Shown here: positions 60,176-64,000 of the stretch, piece by piece
Layout: every line of letters starts with the position of its first letter
How positions within the stretch are numbered: position 1 is the first letter of the stretch
Assembly: GCA_049513715.1 (NCBI GenBank)
Contig: JBEKVV010000002.1
Location: 64,001-128,000, forward strand
DNA: 64,000 bases
Direction: 5' to 3'
Source of the DNA: Candidatus Bathyarchaeia archaeon
GTDB taxonomy: Archaea > Thermoproteota > Bathyarchaeia > 40CM-2-53-6
The notes under the pieces: generated by a model
What the model was told of the DNA's origin: nothing
The model's input: only the letters and a program-made list of their open reading frames with translations
Databases searched by the model: none
Made by a program: the position numbers and the translations under genes

Positions 60176-60688
60176 TTATTGAGTCCTCGAATCCAGAATA
60201 TTTTTCAATTTGTCGCGAGCTTCGGGGGGAATCTTTGCCTTTTGTACCGCTTGATGTTTGACGTAGTACACTGGGTCACCATTCATATCATATTTGCTAG
60301 TTCGTGAAACCATCGTGACGACTAATTTCACGCCTAAGATAACTCCCTCTGACGATTTGTATTCGTTCCACTCTTCTTTGACTGTATCGAACGGTATATC
60401 TTCAGCAACTACGGAGTTGGCGATTTCCTGAATTGGGTAAGACTGGGTGTCTTTCGCACCTTTGAGTTCCTTCGGCACGGAAGTGGTCAAGATGATATTT
60501 GCCCCCGCTCCAAAGCGGGCATTTCCCTCTGAATCGAGTCCTTCAAGGAAGAATTTCAACAAGATTAGCTTGACTTTGAGCGCGACATCGACCGTATCCT
60601 TGATTGTGTATATACTCCAACCCTCTTTGACAGTATCAAAGTTCAACTCGACTGCGCTAGGGTCGGGTACAGTGGGCTCCAATGTCAT
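60176..60688 (-). CDS. Tandem-duplicated-domain hypothetical protein (cassette cargo)
   Basis: FDTVKEGWSIY..VKLIL..DSEGNARF repeated as FDTVKEEWNEY..VKLVV..DMNGDPVY. Confidence 0.75.
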   Translation of the reverse strand: MTLEPTVPDPSAVELNFDTVKEGWSIYTIKDTVDVALKVKLILLKFFLEGLDSEGNARFGAGANIILTTSVPKELKGAKDTQSYPIQEIANSVVAEDIPFDTVKEEWNEYKSSEGVILGVKLVVTMVSRTSKYDMNGDPVYYVKHQAVQKAKIPPEARDKLKNILDSRTQ

Positions 60689-60788
60689 TCTCTCTGAGAC
60701 GGTTAATGAGGCAACTATTTAAGAAATCGACCATATGTTCGTCTTCTAGGTCATTTTCATATCTCAGATATTCACTCATGACGAGGTT

Positions 60789-61469
60789 GTGCCATTGACA
60801 ACATCCAATTTCGATATTCAAGGCTACGAACTCGTAGGCTCGCAGGTGCTCTACGTTCATGGTCTTGTGTTCCCGATACAATCAGGTTCGATTACCGGAA
60901 CTAGTTCCAAGGCTCAAACAATCATCGTGAACACATCTGGGTTCTCAAATGATCTTCGCGTTTACCCTGTGCCTCACATGGGAACGTCTCATATTGTCTA
61001 TACAGATCAAATAGTGCAGGTCGGAACCCCTCAAGAATGGCACTCAGTTAGTCTTTTAGATCGCCCATCTAGATTCTGGAACTGTTCGATTGAATCATTC
61101 ATTTTTCCATTAGCTGATACAAGCAGAAGTTGGAATGCGATTCGTTTGCCTGCTCGACTAGCAGATTACTCAGATGCGCAAGCTGTCGCATGGTTCGCTT
61201 CTGAATCCGAACTAATTGACTCTGTGAGTAACCTGTGTAATGCCGTTGATTCTGAACTTAGAACAAGAAAGCTTAGATTTTCCAATTCGATAACGACATT
61301 TTCCGACCCTGAAGAAGATGATGATAACTCGCTTATTGTTGAGTATAAGATTGCCAACAAGCATTATGACGAAGTTATCAAGATTTGGAATGCAATCTCG
61401 CTTAAGGTACTGACGGGTTTACCGGAAAATGTACTCGACAAGGTCACTTTGACGATGGAAGACGAATAG
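60789..61469 (+). CDS. Hypothetical protein, putative partner of the HEPN gene (cassette cargo)
   Basis: GAGG RBS; stop is 1 nt before the HEPN start; acidic C-terminal domain. Confidence 0.65.
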   Translation: MPLTTSNFDIQGYELVGSQVLYVHGLVFPIQSGSITGTSSKAQTIIVNTSGFSNDLRVYPVPHMGTSHIVYTDQIVQVGTPQEWHSVSLLDRPSRFWNCSIESFIFPLADTSRSWNAIRLPARLADYSDAQAVAWFASESELIDSVSNLCNAVDSELRTRKLRFSNSITTFSDPEEDDDNSLIVEYKIANKHYDEVIKIWNAISLKVLTGLPENVLDKVTLTMEDE

Positions 61470-61470
61470 A

Positions 61471-61842
61471 TTGTTTGCACCTAGCGACTTTCTTGCCTAT
61501 GCTAAATCAATCCCCATTACAGATGAGAAAAGTGCTCGGACTTGCATAGGCCGTGCCTACTACGCAGCTCATCTTTCCGCTAGAGAAAAAGTTCGGTCAC
61601 GCTATCCGAATCTATTTCAGCCTTTTCGCGGGTGCAGTAATGAGCACTCTGTAGTAAGAAACAAGTTAGCAAGGGATTTGAAGAGACCCGACATCACTCA
61701 GAACCTCAGACAATTAGTGCGAAAAAGAGTTCGGGCAGACTACGACATACGAAATTACATCTCCTCCAACCATTTCACAAATGAGGCAACTAGAGCAATC
61801 ATCCTCTGTGATACAATCCTAAAATCTCTCAGCACTGTTTGA
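61471..61842 (+). CDS. HEPN domain protein (cassette cargo)
   Basis: RTCIGRAYYAAH, central H and LVRKRVRADY motifs. Confidence 0.8.
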   Translation: MFAPSDFLAYAKSIPITDEKSARTCIGRAYYAAHLSAREKVRSRYPNLFQPFRGCSNEHSVVRNKLARDLKRPDITQNLRQLVRKRVRADYDIRNYISSNHFTNEATRAIILCDTILKSLSTV

Positions 61843-61974
61843 TTCTCCTCACTAGCGGCTCGACCCACTTCACGTATTCTTGTTCTTCTCGTTAATTGCG
61901 AGTTCCTTCAGAATCCCAAATCAGATTCGCAACCCTTCCTAGCAACCGACAAGTTGACGTTACCCGCGCGGCGG

Positions 61975-62208
61975 CTAGGGGCGGCGCTTTCTCCCCGTTC
62001 CGTTGCATTCTTGACACGTCCACTCCTGAAACATCCTCACATTCAAACTAGGAACCTTTCCTTCCCTTTTGCAAGCTGGGCAGTAGTCTTCTTGGAGGAT
62101 TCTTCCTTTACCTCCGCAGACCTCGCATATCTTGAAGTAACCTTTGTCTCCGACTTTGTACCAGTGACCGAGGCCGCCTATACATTCTGGGCAAACCTGT
62201 TCGGTCAA
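61975..62208 (-). CDS. DnaJ-type Zn-finger small protein
   Basis: CPEC, CEVCGGKG, CPAC, CQECNGTG. Confidence 0.72.
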   Translation of the reverse strand: MTEQVCPECIGGLGHWYKVGDKGYFKICEVCGGKGRILQEDYCPACKREGKVPSLNVRMFQEWTCQECNGTGRKRRP

Positions 62209-62455
62209 TGGAGAATCCTCGTGACAGCATCTAGCTTCAACGGAACAATCGTTCCGCCCATTTGAAGTTCATACCAAAGGTTACAGCGAAGGCAATGTAG
62301 TAACGGAAAACCGTCTTGGCCGAGTAAATCCACGTCGCAATTGGGACATTTCATTTTGAATCACGGGCCAATCGTTCTCGTAGTTGCGACTTAAGCGGGG
62401 AACCTGACTGAAACTCAACGGTCAGAGAAGAATGAAACTGAAGTCAGGATATTGT

Positions 62456-63067
62456 TTATTTAGATTCCTCTTCTTCCAAGTATTTCTCTCCTGCTTGCAA
62501 ATGCGCAACGTATCCATCCAGTGATCTCACCGGCACTCGATTTCTATGTTCCCAAATATCCCTCGCGCATGCTTGGAGCATTGGAATCACATCAATTTTC
62601 AGAAAGAGATCAATGTTCTCGCGAGCCGCGGATCTTTTGTGGATTCTTACGATCTCGTCAAGTGCAATTATGAATTGAACTGAGATTCTTGCGATCTGAC
62701 GACCAACAAACTCTCTTAGACGAGTTGGATCGGACATGGTCTCAAGGGACTCATCAATACCCTTTTCTTCGTTGGTTTGGTGTGTCCATTTGTTTATGTC
62801 ATCTATCCTGTTTCTGTAAGCAGTCTCGAATGCTCTTCTGCCTTCTACGGCAGGAATCTCGTGACTTGGGTTCGCTCTGTAGAATCCATCCTCTTGTAGC
62901 ACATATCCGTTGCCAACCAGTAGTTTCAGGTATTTGGCTAACGTCGGCTTGCTGATGCCCGAGCGTCGCCATATTTCTGACCACCTAATGCCCGGCTTCT
63001 CCTCAGACAGTAGGTTTAGGATTCGACTTGGGTACTGACCTTCAATTGCATATCCTTTTCTTGCCAC
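62456..63067 (-). CDS. Winged-helix regulator
   Basis: GIRWSEI..SGISKPTLAKYLK.LV..GYV. Confidence 0.72.
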   Translation of the reverse strand: MARKGYAIEGQYPSRILNLLSEEKPGIRWSEIWRRSGISKPTLAKYLKLLVGNGYVLQEDGFYRANPSHEIPAVEGRRAFETAYRNRIDDINKWTHQTNEEKGIDESLETMSDPTRLREFVGRQIARISVQFIIALDEIVRIHKRSAARENIDLFLKIDVIPMLQACARDIWEHRNRVPVRSLDGYVAHLQAGEKYLEEEESK

Positions 63068-63148
63068 GAATATGCCCTCAATGGTTTAATTTACTATCAG
63101 TTAATTTAATCTAACCCTTTATATGTATTTGGTTCATTTAATCGAACC

Positions 63149-63418
63149 ATGCAAGAGCTTGTGGAGAAGAAGCTATGCGGTGCTTGCGGACGAGTTATTC
63201 TGCGGAACCTGTTCTATCTGAACGACTTTGCTTATCACTACGGCTGTGCCAAGAATACTGAGCAATTCGGACGTACTATTGCAACATGCCTAAGTTGCTT
63301 CAGCCATATTACTGCTGAAAATCTCGTGACTTGTGAATTTGGTGATCATAAGTCACGGGTTTGCGGGTTTTGTGGAAGTCTACAACTCCTACTCCGCGCA
63401 ATTCCGAAGCGCGATTAG
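63149..63418 (+). CDS. Small Cys-rich zinc-binding protein
   Basis: CGAC, HYGC, CLSC, CGFC. Confidence 0.65.
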   Translation: MQELVEKKLCGACGRVILRNLFYLNDFAYHYGCAKNTEQFGRTIATCLSCFSHITAENLVTCEFGDHKSRVCGFCGSLQLLLRAIPKRD

Positions 63419-63430
63419 GCGGTGACGAAC

Positions 63431-64000
63431 GTGGAGAGCCGTGAATTGCACGATCTGAGGATGGATACGGCCTCAACTCTGGACATACTCAGAGAGACAA
63501 AATGTCACATGGTTCAAAGAGCTGAAGAAGAAGTGATTTCGAAGCTGCCGTCACCCTCTCGTCTCGCGCCGATGCTGGTCTGTCTTGCATTCATACCCAA
63601 AGCCTTCCCATTGGAGAGCAGGCGTATCTTCGAGATCCTTCATCGACTTGCGTTCCTAGGCGGGGTCAAAGAACTCGTAGAGAACCACGGCTGTTTACTT
63701 CCGCCTCAAGGATTTGAGAAAAGGATTGGAAATGGTGTAATGGATGGTGAGCTTGTAGACCCCTCTGGTAATTCTGTCACGCTTGAGGCCACCGGAGCAG
63801 ATAGGATAAAGATCCAGAAAATCATTCAAGCCTGCCTCTACAAACCCAATGCGGAAAGGAGTGTTTGGGTCTCTTCAATTAGCGAGACAATGGAATGCCC
63901 GCGTTTCCTCATCCGAGCGATAAACGCAAAAGCCTCCGAACTTGTGGCCTTCAAGAATCAATATCCCCAGCTTGCTTCGCGTCTCCAAATGCCTCACCCA
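63431..64000 (+). CDS. Hypothetical protein, open to the window end (partial)
   Basis: GTG start with GGTGA RBS; 190 codons without a stop. Confidence 0.55.
   Translation, partial: MESRELHDLRMDTASTLDILRETKCHMVQRAEEEVISKLPSPSRLAPMLVCLAFIPKAFPLESRRIFEILHRLAFLGGVKELVENHGCLLPPQGFEKRIGNGVMDGELVDPSGNSVTLEATGADRIKIQKIIQACLYKPNAERSVWVSSISETMECPRFLIRAINAKASELVAFKNQYPQLASRLQMPHP

Larger units (their letters stand above)
60089..61964. mobile_element. Non-autonomous TIR cassette (1876 bp) with IS6-like ends and no transposase
   Basis: TIRs GGTAACGTCAACTCTTCGGTTGCTA / GGTAACGTCAACTTGTCGGTTGCTA (23/25); 8-bp TSD CGCGCGGC at 60081-60088 and 61965-61972. Confidence 0.92.
50871..64000. mobile_element. Integrase-headed accessory island, possibly tandem integrated elements; boundaries not resolved
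   Basis: Integrase, divergent HTH regulator and small-gene operon, absence of housekeeping genes; att sites not found. Confidence 0.65.

Noticed and set aside
55003..62455. Integron-like cassette array behind the integrase
   Set aside because: No recurring attC-like sequence seen between genes, and orientations are mixed
63431..64000. PD-(D/E)XK nuclease call for the terminal ORF
   Set aside because: Only a weak D…E pattern without the Lys, and the ORF is truncated by the window

Overview
Archaeal chromosomal segment. A TACK or Bathyarchaeia-like host is inferred from intron-containing tRNAs, GGTGA/GAGG ribosome-binding sites, Lhr, a DPS-like protein, ThyX and DUF2153. Bases 1-50.8 kb are mostly metabolic and housekeeping genes: an Lrp-flanked operon encoding an ECF transporter, a transcarbamylase and an arginine-deiminase-family enzyme; a 2-oxoacid dehydrogenase E1a/E1b/E2 cluster; Zn dehydrogenases; TldD/PmbA; tRNA-Ser(GCT) with a D-loop intron; and tRNA-Val(CAC) with a canonical intron. 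From about 50.9 kb to the end is an accessory region headed by a tyrosine integrase, with many small Zn-finger and membrane genes. The clearest unannotated structure is a pair of transposable elements that share GGTAACGT termini and each have a perfect 8-bp target-site duplication. Element 1 (9001-11748) is an autonomous IS6-type element with a SWIM-domain transposase and passenger genes (DUF5678 plus aspartyl protease). It splits a KaiC-like/TolB-like/TPR gene exactly in frame. Element 2 (60089-61964) is a transposase-less cassette carrying a HEPN gene, its upstream partner and a tandem-domain protein. Together they suggest an archaeal IS6-related system that moves toxin/defence-like gene cassettes. 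All family calls are by eye from motifs; no database searches were run.
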